A DNA stretch of 64,000 bases from assembly GCA_963844715.1 (NCBI GenBank), contig CAWJPJ010000008.1:384001-448000 (forward strand), in the 5' to 3' direction. Origin of the DNA: an uncultured Phycisphaerales bacterium (GTDB lineage Bacteria > Planctomycetota > Phycisphaerae > Tepidisphaerales > Tepidisphaeraceae). Under the pieces are notes generated by a model that was not told the origin of the DNA, did no database searches, and saw only the letters and a list, made by a program, of their open reading frames with translations. Positions 1-10,552 of this stretch are shown in pieces. Every line of letters begins with the position of its first letter. Position 1 is the first letter of the stretch. The translations under genes were made by a program, and so were the position numbers.

Positions 1-118
1 GGTACCGTGGGATGTGTGGGCGCCATAATTTTGTTCGGGTGGATGTGGGGAAGGTGAGACTTTCCATTGGCGAGGCAATTAAAGAGGACGCGGTTCGCTT
101 TTAGGAATCTAGGGACAG

Positions 119-259
119 TCACGAACGCCGTTCGTTTAAGCATAACGCGCGGTGCTTTGCCTTTAGGTTCTGTCTTGGTACTTTGAGCAGATCGTATCCC
201 TTGATGCGTCGTTTCAGCTTTCGCGGCTCCCAGCGGTCCGGACGATCGGGATTGACCAG
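119..259 (-). mobile_element. IS4-family remnant: transposase C-terminal tail plus terminal inverted repeat
   Basis: The minus strand from 259 to 119 reads LVNPDRPDRWEPRKLKRRIKGYDLLKVPR, matching the typical IS4 C-terminal RP.R.EPR..KRR.K.Y.LL..PR motif. 123-140 (GAACGCCGTTCGTTTAAG) resembles the IS4-type end TAATGCCGATCAGTTAAG. Confidence 0.7.
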
Positions 260-2784
260 CCGACTCGACGATCTCCGGCAACACCGCGACGGGCGGGACC
301 GGAGGGGGCTTTAGTTTCAACGCGCACTACGATTATGTCACCCACGCGAGCAGTCCGCCGCCGACAATCAACGGGACGATCGTTTCCGGGAATACCGGCG
401 GTGATTTTTATGGCACGCAATACACTGCCGGGGACGATGTCTTCGATGGAACCAATAACCTCATCGGCGGAAATGCGCTGCTGGCGGGGCTTGGAGCTTA
501 CGGGGCAACGGTAATGGCGGGAGCCACGTTGGGGGTGGCGACTCCGGTAACCGTGGACACGATGGCGCTGCTGCCGGGGTCGCCGGCACTGGACGCGGGA
601 GGCATCTTTGACGATGAGAGCGGGAATGCGATCGCGACGGATGTGCGTGGCGTGAGCCGCGATCCCGCTGAGGGATCATCCGACATCGGCGCGTTTCAGA
701 GCCTTGGGTTCAACGTCACCATCACCGCGGGGAACAATCAAAGCGCGGCCGTCAATACGCCATTCTCCACCGCTCTGGGGGTCCACGTTACGGCCAACGA
801 TTCCGGACTGACCGATCTGAGCGGCGGTATCGTGACCTTCATTGCTCCCTCGACGAGCGCGACCGCCGTGCTGGGAACCAATCGGTTGATCTCCGACTCG
901 GTTGCGCTGACCAGTGGCGGCACTGCCACCAGCGACATCCCCACGGCGGACGATGTGACCGGAACCTACAGTGTGACGGCGTCGGCTACGCCTTATGCGA
1001 CTTCATCGTTCACGAATTTTGCGCTGACGAACGGCGGGACTCCCACAGCGGGACTCCCGACGCTCTCCATCACTGGCCCGACGACGGCGACCGGCGGTTT
1101 GTCTTACACGCTTACTCTTAACACCAGCGATGCCACGCAAAACATTCCCCTGACCTGGACGATCCAATGGGGGGACGGGCAGGTCAGCACGGCCACGCAG
1201 AATAATGACGCTCTCACAACGGTAACGCTGACCGACGGATTCGCGACGGCACCGGGGAATTTCACGATCTTCGCCACGGCCACGGACGAGAATGGGAATC
1301 TTTACGCGGCGGGGACCGTGCAAGTGAACGAGGACGAGGAAGGGACCGTTCCTCCCGGTCCGGTGCAGGCGCAGGCGATGTCGACTGACTTGGTGCAGCT
1401 GAACTGGCATAGCGTGCTTGGTGCGCAGTACTACGAAGTTTATGGCAGCACCACGCCGAATTTTACTCCAAACCCGGTAAATCTCCTTGGCGAAGGGATA
1501 CCAATACCCTCGTTCGAGGACGACTCAGTCTCGGCCGCGACAAAATACTACTACCAAGTCTTTTCCGTCGATGCGGCGGGCCTGGCGACGTTGGTTGGAC
1601 AGAGTTCCATAACAACGCCCGATTTAAATACCCCGGTAGATGACCCGGTTTCGCCTACAAATGTGCAGGTCGCCGGTATTAACGACCTTGAGCTATTCGT
1701 GTCCTGGGATAAGCCCAATACGATCCTTGGGTTGGTCTACTACACCATCGACATCTCGACCAGTGCAACTGGCGGTTGGAAGGTGGCAGGATATGCCGAG
1801 GCGGACGCAACAAATTTTATAGTTCGCACTACCGATGCAACCACAAATGACAGCTTCTTGGCAAGCGGCGTACCATATTATATTAGCGTTCAGGCCGATT
1901 ACGTGGATGAAGAAGACCCAATTCCTAGCGGGTGGTGTGTGTCACAAACTAGTGCCGAAACCGTTCCGCCTTCGTTCGACAACGTCGTTGTTATTGTCGG
2001 CGGCCAAAACCAACCGCTTTCCTACCTGTTGCAAGGGCTTCAGGTAGTTAATGGGGCTATTGTTCCCACCGTGGAAAACGGCGTCAATGTGGCTGGCAAT
2101 AGCGTTGGGCAGATATGGTGGCGCCTCGAAAATGATGGGTTTAATGCCTATATAACCGCCGACCCTCACGATGGCGGTGACGACAACTTAGGACGTAACA
2201 CTTGGGAGGAGACTTTGGACCCACCCCAAGAAATCCAGCCTGTTCTAATGCCCGACGGGTCAGGACTTCTCTATGATGAGATAACGACGATGGAGGTCAA
2301 TCGCTTCGCTACGACTTACGAGAATGAAACTCCGCAGACCAACCCAGGAGTCGTGTATTATGCTTTGATTGGCTATAGTCACGGTGGAGGAATGATCTAC
2401 AATATTTCGCAAAAAATGCTCTCCAGTCCACTGGCGACTCATATGCTTTTGCCGATTGCGGTAACGATCGACGCCGTAAATTACGGTACGGGTGCCTGGG
2501 TTGGATACCAGGAATGGTTTGGCACAGCGCTCACGTCCAATCCGGTTTCAGGCTGGGGTGGCTACGGGGATACGATCGATTACAACTATTACGAAAGTGC
2601 AGGGTACGGACCTTTTGTTCAGGTGCATGGAGTGCCTCTAAATGGGCTTGCTGTTAACGATCCTTCACTCATAGGCGTTAACTACGGCGCGCTCACTCAT
2701 AGTAGTATTGGTGTGTGCCCCGGAATTCTCAATGACGCCACGGATCAGATTCTCAACACATTCTACGAAGACTTGGACCTTTAA
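256..2784 (+). CDS. 5'-truncated large secreted/surface protein: beta-helix repeat, choice-of-anchor Q-like, Ig/PKD-like, two FN3, C-terminal alpha/beta-hydrolase-like domain
   Basis: The frame is open from 256, upstream of the ORF-track start at 514. Motifs: DSTISGNTATGGTGGG, ALLPGSPALDAG..TDVRG..DIGAFQ, WTIQWGDG, FN3-like LNW..YYEVY..YYYQV, and LIGYSHGGG (GxSxG). No signal peptide or true start is present. Confidence 0.75.
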   Translation, partial: PADSTISGNTATGGTGGGFSFNAHYDYVTHASSPPPTINGTIVSGNTGGDFYGTQYTAGDDVFDGTNNLIGGNALLAGLGAYGATVMAGATLGVATPVTVDTMALLPGSPALDAGGIFDDESGNAIATDVRGVSRDPAEGSSDIGAFQSLGFNVTITAGNNQSAAVNTPFSTALGVHVTANDSGLTDLSGGIVTFIAPSTSATAVLGTNRLISDSVALTSGGTATSDIPTADDVTGTYSVTASATPYATSSFTNFALTNGGTPTAGLPTLSITGPTTATGGLSYTLTLNTSDATQNIPLTWTIQWGDGQVSTATQNNDALTTVTLTDGFATAPGNFTIFATATDENGNLYAAGTVQVNEDEEGTVPPGPVQAQAMSTDLVQLNWHSVLGAQYYEVYGSTTPNFTPNPVNLLGEGIPIPSFEDDSVSAATKYYYQVFSVDAAGLATLVGQSSITTPDLNTPVDDPVSPTNVQVAGINDLELFVSWDKPNTILGLVYYTIDISTSATGGWKVAGYAEADATNFIVRTTDATTNDSFLASGVPYYISVQADYVDEEDPIPSGWCVSQTSAETVPPSFDNVVVIVGGQNQPLSYLLQGLQVVNGAIVPTVENGVNVAGNSVGQIWWRLENDGFNAYITADPHDGGDDNLGRNTWEETLDPPQEIQPVLMPDGSGLLYDEITTMEVNRFATTYENETPQTNPGVVYYALIGYSHGGGMIYNISQKMLSSPLATHMLLPIAVTIDAVNYGTGAWVGYQEWFGTALTSNPVSGWGGYGDTIDYNYYESAGYGPFVQVHGVPLNGLAVNDPSLIGVNYGALTHSSIGVCPGILNDATDQILNTFYEDLDL

Positions 2785-2827
2785 TAGGGAGTTAGGATGA
2801 GCGACCAACTCATGATTGGAGAAACTG

Positions 2828-3343
2828 ATGCCCCAGCCGGAGAATAATGGAGTGACAAAGTTGCGCACTGCCGACCGACCGATCCAAGCCGTCTTGTCGG
2901 AATCTGAACAACTGCAGAAAGGACAACGCGAATCGCAATTGCTGAATTACGCATCGGAAAAAGCCCCGGCGGCTCAAGGCCGGCTAGGTGCGATGTCGGG
3001 CAAAATGGCATTTGTTTTCGCAGTTCTTCAGGTGCCCTGGTATTGCCTAATGGGCATCATCGGTATGGGCATGATTCCACAGCAGCGAGCGTTTAATCCA
3101 ACGCCGCCCCGACCGTCGGCATTCGAAACAATAGCATGGCATATCGCGTTCATTATTCCTTCTCTGCTGGGTTTTGCTAGCGGTTGTTACTCGCTGAAGG
3201 TCGGAACGATTAGAGGATTTGGAGTCTTTGAGTACGCGGGAACATTAATCTGCGCGGCTGTAATCATTCTGACGGCCCTAGACGTTCCGGTTTTTGTTTG
3301 GGCGTTGAATAGCGTGGTATTCATTATGAAACACTTGTCATAG
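2828..3343 (+). CDS. hypothetical membrane protein (about 3 TM), candidate immunity protein
   Basis: GGAGA RBS before ATG 2828; several hydrophobic segments; lies directly after the exoprotein; lower GC than core genes. Confidence 0.6.
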   Translation: MPQPENNGVTKLRTADRPIQAVLSESEQLQKGQRESQLLNYASEKAPAAQGRLGAMSGKMAFVFAVLQVPWYCLMGIIGMGMIPQQRAFNPTPPRPSAFETIAWHIAFIIPSLLGFASGCYSLKVGTIRGFGVFEYAGTLICAAVIILTALDVPVFVWALNSVVFIMKHLS

Positions 3344-3611
3344 GACGAAGAAATGAAACCGGGACGCAGCTAGATAGCTCAGCACTTGCATCATCCTTGG
3401 CGGTTCAATGAAGTTTCAAAAATCCGGCGGAAATCACGACTTACGACGAGCAAGCGATGGGATTTGAACGACTCGTGATTATCCGCTAATGTTGCACGCA
3501 ATAGTCTGCATCTGGAATTGGCCATTCAGCTTTCCCTCTACGCGCAATGAGCTGGCGTCAGGGAAGAGTTGTGAAGCGTTTTTTTGCCGGCGCAGGAAGA
3601 AAGGCACATTC

Positions 3612-4424
3612 ATGAATCCCAACAAGGCGTTGTGGGAAAAAGGTGACTTTACAAGAATTGCACAGAGCATGAGGCAAAGCGGAGAGGCGCTGGTCCAGAA
3701 AGTGGGGATCACGAAAGGGCTCCAAGTTCTGGATCTCGGATGCGGAGATGGAACGACCGCTGTGCCGGCGGCAAAACTCGGCGCGGAGGTGTTGGGCGTC
3801 GACATTGCCAGCAATCTTGTGGCGGCGGGGAACGCGCGGGCAAAGGCGATGAACTTGGCAAACTGCCGGTTCCAGGAAGGCGACGCAAGCAATTTGCACG
3901 AATTAAACGACCATACTTTTGACTTGGTCGTCTCCATTTTTGGGGCGATGTTTGCGCCCAAACCGTTTGACGTGGCCAAAGAGATGGTGCGTGTAACCCG
4001 TACCGGCGGCCGGATCGTGATGGGGAACTGGATTCCCAATGATCCGACGCTGGTGGCCCAGATTTTGAGGATCAGTTCCGCATACGCACCGCCGCCGCCG
4101 GAGGGATTTGTTAGCCCGATGACCTGGGGTGTCGAGAGCCAGGTGATAGAGCGGTTCACAGCGGCCGGCGTCGCAAGGGAAAAAATCTCCTTTGCCAGGG
4201 ATACCTTTGCGTTTAACTATCCCAGTGCGCCAGCCGTGTTTCTGGATGAATTCCGAAAATACTATGGGCCAACCATGAACGCGTTCGATGCGGCGGAAAA
4301 GAATGGTCGAGCGGCTGATCTGCAAAGGGAATTGCAATCGCTTTTTGAAAATCAGAACAACCACCCTGATAAGAGCGCCACCTCCATTCCCGCCACTTTC
4401 CTGTGCGTAACCGTTGCGTGTTGA
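3612..4424 (+). CDS. class I SAM-dependent methyltransferase
   Basis: MNPNKALWEKGDF start; VLDLGCGDG SAM motif; FDLVVSIFGAMFAP. Confidence 0.9.
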   Translation: MNPNKALWEKGDFTRIAQSMRQSGEALVQKVGITKGLQVLDLGCGDGTTAVPAAKLGAEVLGVDIASNLVAAGNARAKAMNLANCRFQEGDASNLHELNDHTFDLVVSIFGAMFAPKPFDVAKEMVRVTRTGGRIVMGNWIPNDPTLVAQILRISSAYAPPPPEGFVSPMTWGVESQVIERFTAAGVAREKISFARDTFAFNYPSAPAVFLDEFRKYYGPTMNAFDAAEKNGRAADLQRELQSLFENQNNHPDKSATSIPATFLCVTVAC

Positions 4425-4877
4425 ACGGCAAGTCCACGCTAGCCGGCGCGAGAAGCGATTCCAAAGAGTTCCAAGGGATCAAGGCGGGTTCGACTGAAGC
4501 CCCGCGATTTCATCGAAAAGAAAAAAGTTTGATTGGTGTCCCGTCACTCCGATTTGATGGGACGAAAATTTTGCCGTCGATAGACGTCGGCGAGGAAAAC
4601 TGAACCGGGGACGCCGTTGGTTGTTTCCTGGCTACGTCTGCGTTCTATTTCCCTTGCCCGTGAATCCGGGCAGTTGTCGCTGCGCAACCTGAAGCAGAAT
4701 ATCTACATACTGGAGCCCGGAACGCTCTTCGGACTTGGCGGACGCGTCCACCATCACATTGCACCCGCCAGTATCTACCTTTCTGAAGCAACCGCCTGTT
4801 CGGCGGAAGGACATTCCCGCGCCTTGGAGGCCCGCCGTCACAAAACCAGTTTGGGGGTTTAAGTGGCGGGTTTGAGC

Positions 4878-5639
4878 TCATCGGGGGGCGAGATCTCGGC
4901 GGGTAATGTCGATGGCATCCAAGTATTTCTCGGCGATGTTCGCGGGGTGGTGGCATTTTCGCCAGCTGTATTGGCGGTTTACCGTTTGCCAGTGGTCGGC
5001 TTTCCAGGTGGTTAGATAGTTGGTCCAGCGGGCGCTTTGTACGGAGACTAATCCGTCGTTGGGGCCTTCGGCGGCGTAGACGATTTTGTGGGGGATTCTT
5101 GCAAAGGCGGGCATTTCCTTGAAGGGGCGGGCGGCGGCGACTGAAGCGTATCGCACACCCGGCACGTCGCGGATCTTTTCGTTGAATCGAGCGCATTGCT
5201 CGGTGGTCAGGTCGCGCAGCGCGCCGGTCTCCAGGCCGACTTGCTCGGCCCATTGGATCGCCCTCCAGCGGCGGCCGAAATGATCGAGGACCCAATCGAC
5301 CAGGGCGCTGCCTCGGTGGGGGGAGCAGACGGTCAGGAGGGCGGAGATGTGTTTGGCCATATCCATCTCGGCGAGCATGTAACGGGCATCCAGGCCGCCC
5401 ATGGAGTGCCCGACTAGAATGATCGGCCCGGAGTTTATTTGCGGCAGGAGGGATAGAATCCATTTCCGGAGCTGGCCGGCGCGGCGCTGGATCGACGCCG
5501 TCGGATGCACGGCGGAGACGAAGACCTGATAGCCGTGTTCGGCCAGATAGGTGTCGATGTTGCGGAAGGAAACCCATTTAAGGCGTCCGACGCTCATTCC
5601 GCCGCCCATGAAGCCGTGATGAAGGATAATTGCCGCCAT
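4878..5639 (-). CDS. triacylglycerol lipase-like alpha/beta hydrolase
   Basis: ILHHG oxyanion motif, GHSMGG nucleophile, PHRGS, NDGLV, ADHW. Confidence 0.9.
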   Translation of the reverse strand: MAAIILHHGFMGGGMSVGRLKWVSFRNIDTYLAEHGYQVFVSAVHPTASIQRRAGQLRKWILSLLPQINSGPIILVGHSMGGLDARYMLAEMDMAKHISALLTVCSPHRGSALVDWVLDHFGRRWRAIQWAEQVGLETGALRDLTTEQCARFNEKIRDVPGVRYASVAAARPFKEMPAFARIPHKIVYAAEGPNDGLVSVQSARWTNYLTTWKADHWQTVNRQYSWRKCHHPANIAEKYLDAIDITRRDLAPR

Positions 5640-5690
5640 AGTTGCGAGCCGATACATTACCCCGAATTTTGAGTGGGACGAACTGGAAGT

Positions 5691-8600
5691 ATGCCGCGCC
5701 GAAACGATATTCAAGCGATTTTAATCATCGGGTCCGGTCCGATCGTGATCGGGCAGGGGTGCGAATTTGATTACTCGGGCGTTCAGGCCTGCCGGGCCTT
5801 GAAGGAGGAGGGGTACCGCGTCGTTCTGATCAACAGCAATCCGGCGACGATCATGACCGACCCGGAATTTGCGGACGCGACGTATATCGAGCCGATTACG
5901 CCCGAGGGCGTCGAGAAGATTTTGCAGCTCGAGCAATCGCGCGGAACGCCTATCGACGCGGTTCTCCCGACTCTGGGCGGGCAGACGGGGCTGAACACGG
6001 CGGTGGCCTGCTACGACAAAGGGGTTTTCCAGAAATTTGGCGTCAGAATGATCGGGGCCAGCCGCGAGGCGATCAATCGCGGCGAAGACCGCCAGGTCTT
6101 CAAGGACCTGATGATCAAAATCGGCCTGAAGGTGCCGCGCTCGGGCGTCGTGCATTCCCTGGAAGAGGGGCGGAAGGTCATGGCGGACATCGGCCTGCCG
6201 CTGATCATCCGACCGGCCTTCACGCTCGGTGGCACCGGGGGCGGAATCGCCTATAACGTCGAGGAATTCGAAACGATCGTGCAGCGCGGGCTGGACGCCT
6301 CGCCGGTGACGGAAGTGCTCATCGAGCAATCGGTCATCGGGTGGAAAGAGTTTGAAATGGAGGTCATGCGCGACAAGAACGACAACGCGGTGATCATCTG
6401 CTCGATCGAGAACGTCGATCCGATGGGGGTGCACACGGGCGACTCCATCACCGTCGCGCCGATTCAGACCCTGACGGATAAGGAATACCAGCGGATGCGG
6501 GATGCGAGCATCGCGATCATCCGGGCGGTGGGCGTGGAAACCGGCGGGAGCAATATCCAATTCGCCATCAATCCCGAGAACGGGGACATGATCGTCGTGG
6601 AGATGAACCCGCGCGTGAGCCGTTCCTCGGCCCTGGCTTCGAAGGCGACGGGTTACCCGATCGCGAAACTGGCCGCCAAACTTGCGGTCGGATACACACT
6701 GGATGAACTGCCGAATTACATCACCAGCAAAAAAGCCAAGGACGGGAAGTGGGATTATTACACGTCCGCCTGTTTCGAGCCGACGATCGATTATTGCGTC
6801 ATCAAGATTCCGCGCTGGACGTTCGAGAAATTCCCGGATGCCGATGAGACGCTGACGACGCAGATGAAAAGCGTCGGCGAGGCGATGGCGATCGGGCGCA
6901 CCTTCAAGGAAGCGTTGCAAAAAGGGATTCGCTCGATGGAGGTGAAGCGGTTTGGGTTCGGGTTGGACGCCGATGACAAATCGCTGCCGGCACAGGAAGG
7001 CAAGACATCCGAGTGGCCGATTCCTGAGGAGACGCTTCGCCGCAAGCTCGTCATCCCCAGCCAGGGGCGGCTGTATTACATCCGCTATGCGATGAAGATG
7101 GGTTGGTCGCTCGATCAGATTTACGATCTGACCAAAATTGACAAATGGTTCTTGGCGGAGATGAAGCAGCTTGTCGATTTCGAATCGCAACTGACGGCGG
7201 GCGATCTCCCCGGCGTTTTGCGGCAGGCGAAGCAGTGGGGCTATAGCGACATCCAGATCGCCACGGCCGTGCGATCGACGCCGAGCGCCATCCGGCAGAT
7301 GCGAAAAGAAGCGGGGATCGAGCCGGTTTACAAACTCGTTGACACGTGCGCCGCCGAGTTCGAGGCGTCCACGCCCTATTACTACTCGACCTACGAGACT
7401 CCTTTTACGGTGAATGGAAAACCGGCCACGGAAGACGAAATCCGCCTCACCGACAAGCAGAAAGTCGTCATCATCGGCGGCGGTCCCAACCGGATCGGGC
7501 AGGGGATTGAATTTGATTATTGCTGCGTCCAGGCGGCGTTTGCGATGCGGGAGCTGGGGCTGGAATCGGTCATGATCAATTCCAATCCAGAAACCGTCAG
7601 CACCGATTACGACACCAGCGACCTGCTCTTTTTTGAGCCGCTGACGCATGAAGACATTTTGAATATCTGCGAGCGCCTCACCGGCGGCGATCGCAAGCTG
7701 CTCAAAGGCGTCATTGTGCAATTCGGCGGGCAGACGCCCCTGAACTTGGCGCGGGGGCTCAAAAACGCCGGGGTGCCGATTCTTGGCACGACCGTCGAAT
7801 CGCTGGATGCGGCGGGAGATCGCGAGCAATTCCGGGCCTTGGTGCAGAAATTGAAATTGAAGCAGCCGGCCAACGGAATCGCGCGGAGCATCAGCGAGGC
7901 CCGGGAGATCGCCAAAAAGATCGGGTATCCGGTGCTGGTGCGTCCCAGCTTTGTCCTGGGCGGGCGGGCGATGGAGATCGTCTCCGACGAAGTGCAGCTT
8001 AACTATTACATGGCCAACGCGGTGGACGCCTCGACGATCGCCAATGCGCCGATTCTGGTCGACAAATTTCTGGATGCCGCGACGGAGTGCGATGTGGATT
8101 GCGTCGCGGATTTTGATCCAACGGGAAAATCGGAGTCCGGGGGGGCGATCATCATCGGGGTCATGGAGCATATCGAAGAGGCGGGGATTCATTCCGGCGA
8201 TAGCGCGTGCGCTTTGCCGCCATACTCTCTGTCGCCGGCGATTATCGAGCGGCTGAAGAGTCAGACGAAGGAACTGGCCAAGGCTCTGCGCGTGCGCGGG
8301 CTGATGAACGTGCAATATGCGATCAAGGAGGGGGAGATTTATCTGATCGAGGTCAACCCGCGCGCCAGCCGGACCGTGCCCTTTGTTTCCAAAGCGACGG
8401 GCGTGCCCTGGGCGAAAATCGCGGCAAAAGTCATGGCGGGGAAATCGCTCGACGAACTGGGCGCCCACGAACTCCCTGACCCGAAGCACACCTCCGTTAA
8501 GGAAGTGGTCTTCCCCTTCAGCAAATTCCCCGGCGTGGACATCATCCTCGGGCCCGAGATGCGCTCGACGGGCGAAGTGATGGGGATCGACGCCGATTTT

Positions 8601-9062
8601 CCCCATGCGTTTGCCAAGAGCCAGATCGCGGCGGGCACGGATTTGCCGACCAAGGGGAACGTTTTTATTTCCGTGCGGGATGCCGACAAGGAGGCGATCG
8701 TCCCCGCGGCCCGGGCGCTGTCCGAGTCGGGCTTCCAAATCCTCGCCACAGCTGGGACGCTGCAGGCGCTTTCTCGGAACGACGTGCCGGCGGTTCGCGT
8801 CCCCAAGATGGGCCAGGGCCGGCCGAATATTCAGGACCACATCAAGAACGGCAAGATTCAGCTCATCATCAACACGCCGACGAAGAAGGGACCGACCACG
8901 GATGAGGGGAAGATTCGGGCGATGGCGGTGATGCATCGGGTGCCGATCGTGACGACGGTGACCGGCGCCAACGCCGCGGCCCGCGCGATCAAGGCGATGC
9001 AGGCGGGGGGGTGGAAGGTGAAGCCGTTGCAGGATTATTTCGCCGATGGCTGCGCCAAGTAG
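5691..9062 (+). CDS. carB: carbamoyl-phosphate synthase large subunit
   Basis: [17 protein letters not shown], duplicated ATP-grasp halves, [10 protein letters not shown]-terminal MGS domain. Confidence 0.99.
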   Translation: MPRRNDIQAILIIGSGPIVIGQGCEFDYSGVQACRALKEEGYRVVLINSNPATIMTDPEFADATYIEPITPEGVEKILQLEQSRGTPIDAVLPTLGGQTGLNTAVACYDKGVFQKFGVRMIGASREAINRGEDRQVFKDLMIKIGLKVPRSGVVHSLEEGRKVMADIGLPLIIRPAFTLGGTGGGIAYNVEEFETIVQRGLDASPVTEVLIEQSVIGWKEFEMEVMRDKNDNAVIICSIENVDPMGVHTGDSITVAPIQTLTDKEYQRMRDASIAIIRAVGVETGGSNIQFAINPENGDMIVVEMNPRVSRSSALASKATGYPIAKLAAKLAVGYTLDELPNYITSKKAKDGKWDYYTSACFEPTIDYCVIKIPRWTFEKFPDADETLTTQMKSVGEAMAIGRTFKEALQKGIRSMEVKRFGFGLDADDKSLPAQEGKTSEWPIPEETLRRKLVIPSQGRLYYIRYAMKMGWSLDQIYDLTKIDKWFLAEMKQLVDFESQLTAGDLPGVLRQAKQWGYSDIQIATAVRSTPSAIRQMRKEAGIEPVYKLVDTCAAEFEASTPYYYSTYETPFTVNGKPATEDEIRLTDKQKVVIIGGGPNRIGQGIEFDYCCVQAAFAMRELGLESVMINSNPETVSTDYDTSDLLFFEPLTHEDILNICERLTGGDRKLLKGVIVQFGGQTPLNLARGLKNAGVPILGTTVESLDAAGDREQFRALVQKLKLKQPANGIARSISEAREIAKKIGYPVLVRPSFVLGGRAMEIVSDEVQLNYYMANAVDASTIANAPILVDKFLDAATECDVDCVADFDPTGKSESGGAIIIGVMEHIEEAGIHSGDSACALPPYSLSPAIIERLKSQTKELAKALRVRGLMNVQYAIKEGEIYLIEVNPRASRTVPFVSKATGVPWAKIAAKVMAGKSLDELGAHELPDPKHTSVKEVVFPFSKFPGVDIILGPEMRSTGEVMGIDADFPHAFAKSQIAAGTDLPTKGNVFISVRDADKEAIVPAARALSESGFQILATAGTLQALSRNDVPAVRVPKMGQGRPNIQDHIKNGKIQLIINTPTKKGPTTDEGKIRAMAVMHRVPIVTTVTGANAAARAIKAMQAGGWKVKPLQDYFADGCAK

Positions 9063-9822
9063 CGACATTCTCCGGCGACTCGACGACGAGCGACGCAATC
9101 TGAGCCGGTTCGGGGAAGTGCTCGACAAATTGCCGCTGGTTACACGCTTGCGATCGGCGGCGCGGTTGTGGCACACCGTCATCGCATCCGATTTAAGCCG
9201 GGACAACGCAGATCAGGCGATCGACGCCGAAATCGATCATCATCGGACCAGCGGCGCCGGTTTTGAGTGGAAAGTCTATTCGCACGATTCCCCGCCCGAT
9301 CTGCTGGATCGGTTGAGAACGCGCGGGTTTGCGATCGGGGCGCGCGAGTCGGTGATGGTGTTCGATCTGGCCGATCCTCCCTCATGGATCGCGGAGACGG
9401 CGCATCGCGTGGTTCGGATCGAGGAGCCGGGTCAGATCGCGGACATTCGCCGGGTCGCGGAGGCGGTTTTCAAGAAGGATTATTCGCTGACGTCGGGAGA
9501 ACTCGCCGCCGCGCTGGCGGCCGGAAACGGCGAACATCGCGGCTATGTGGCGTACGAAGAACGGTCGCAAACTCCGGTGAGCATTGGCCGGCTCTACACC
9601 CATCCCCAAAGCCGCTTCGGCGGGCTTTATGGCGGGGGAACGCTGGCGGAATATCGCGGCCGGGGATTCTATCGCGCGGTTCTCGCGGCGAGGGCTCGCG
9701 ACGCGATCTCCGCGGGTGCGGCAAATTTGATTGTGGACGCTCTGCCCACCAGCCAGCCAATTCTGGAGCGGCTCAGCTTCCGCAAAGTCGCCGATACCTG
9801 GCCGTGCGAATATCGCCTATGA
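9046..9822 (+). CDS. GNAT family N-acetyltransferase
   Basis: [14 protein letters not shown] acetyl-CoA motif; overlaps the carB stop. Confidence 0.85.
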   Translation: MAAPSSDILRRLDDERRNLSRFGEVLDKLPLVTRLRSAARLWHTVIASDLSRDNADQAIDAEIDHHRTSGAGFEWKVYSHDSPPDLLDRLRTRGFAIGARESVMVFDLADPPSWIAETAHRVVRIEEPGQIADIRRVAEAVFKKDYSLTSGELAAALAAGNGEHRGYVAYEERSQTPVSIGRLYTHPQSRFGGLYGGGTLAEYRGRGFYRAVLAARARDAISAGAANLIVDALPTSQPILERLSFRKVADTWPCEYRL

Positions 9823-9832
9823 TGCGGACCAC

Positions 9833-10552
9833 ATGAAATCGACGGTGGACGAGATTCGGGATCGCTTTGATAAGGATGTCGAGCGGTTCAGCGTTTTGCA
9901 GACCGGGCAATCGGCGACGATGGATGCGCCGCTGGGGCTGGAGCTGATCTGCTCGGCGGCGGCGGCGGTTTCGCCGAAGGCGAAGCGCTTGCTCGACGTT
10001 GGCTGCGGGGCGGGGAATTACTCATTGAAGATGCTTGAGAAGATGCCGGGGATGGACGTGACGCTGGTCGATTTGAGCCGGGCGATGCTGGACCGGGCAG
10101 TGCAGCGCGTCGCGGCGGCGACGAAAGGGAAGGTCGTCGCCATCCAATCCGACATTCGCGAATTGACGGTGGGCGACGGGCAATTCGACGTTGCCGTGGC
10201 GGGGGCGGTTCTGCATCATTTGCGCACCGACGCCGAGTGGCGGGCGGTGTTCGCCAAAATTCACCGCGGGCTTGGCCCAGGCGGGTCGTTCTGGATCTGG
10301 GACATGGTTTTGGAAGAATCGCCGGAGATTCAGGCGATCCAATGGAAACGCTACGGCGAATATCTCACGAATCTGAAGAATGCCGCGTATCGCGACGAGG
10401 TTTTTGACTACATCGAAAAGGAAGACACGCCGCGGAGCTTGTTCTTTCAGGTTGATCTGCTGCGCGAGGTGGGATTTTCCAGAGTGGAAATCCTGCATAA
10501 GCATTCGATCTTTGCGGCGTTTGGGGCGGTCAAGTCTTCACCAAAACATTAG
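9833..10552 (+). CDS. class I SAM-dependent methyltransferase (CmoA-like)
   Basis: LLDVGCGAG, VDLSRAML, AVLHHLR. Confidence 0.85.
   Translation: MKSTVDEIRDRFDKDVERFSVLQTGQSATMDAPLGLELICSAAAAVSPKAKRLLDVGCGAGNYSLKMLEKMPGMDVTLVDLSRAMLDRAVQRVAAATKGKVVAIQSDIRELTVGDGQFDVAVAGAVLHHLRTDAEWRAVFAKIHRGLGPGGSFWIWDMVLEESPEIQAIQWKRYGEYLTNLKNAAYRDEVFDYIEKEDTPRSLFFQVDLLREVGFSRVEILHKHSIFAAFGAVKSSPKH

Noticed and set aside
4457..4500. Sequence ending ..GACTGAAGC resembling a CRISPR repeat end
   Set aside because: Single occurrence, with no spacer array and no cas genes in the window.
4632..4862. Small overlapping ORFs between the methyltransferase and the lipase
   Set aside because: No recognisable motifs; I cannot support either strand.
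5721..9206. 1161-aa antisense ORF over carB, and similar long antisense ORFs (23698-25080, 46276-47844, 19034-20680)
   Set aside because: Shadow ORFs produced by high-GC codon bias; they show no recognisable motifs.
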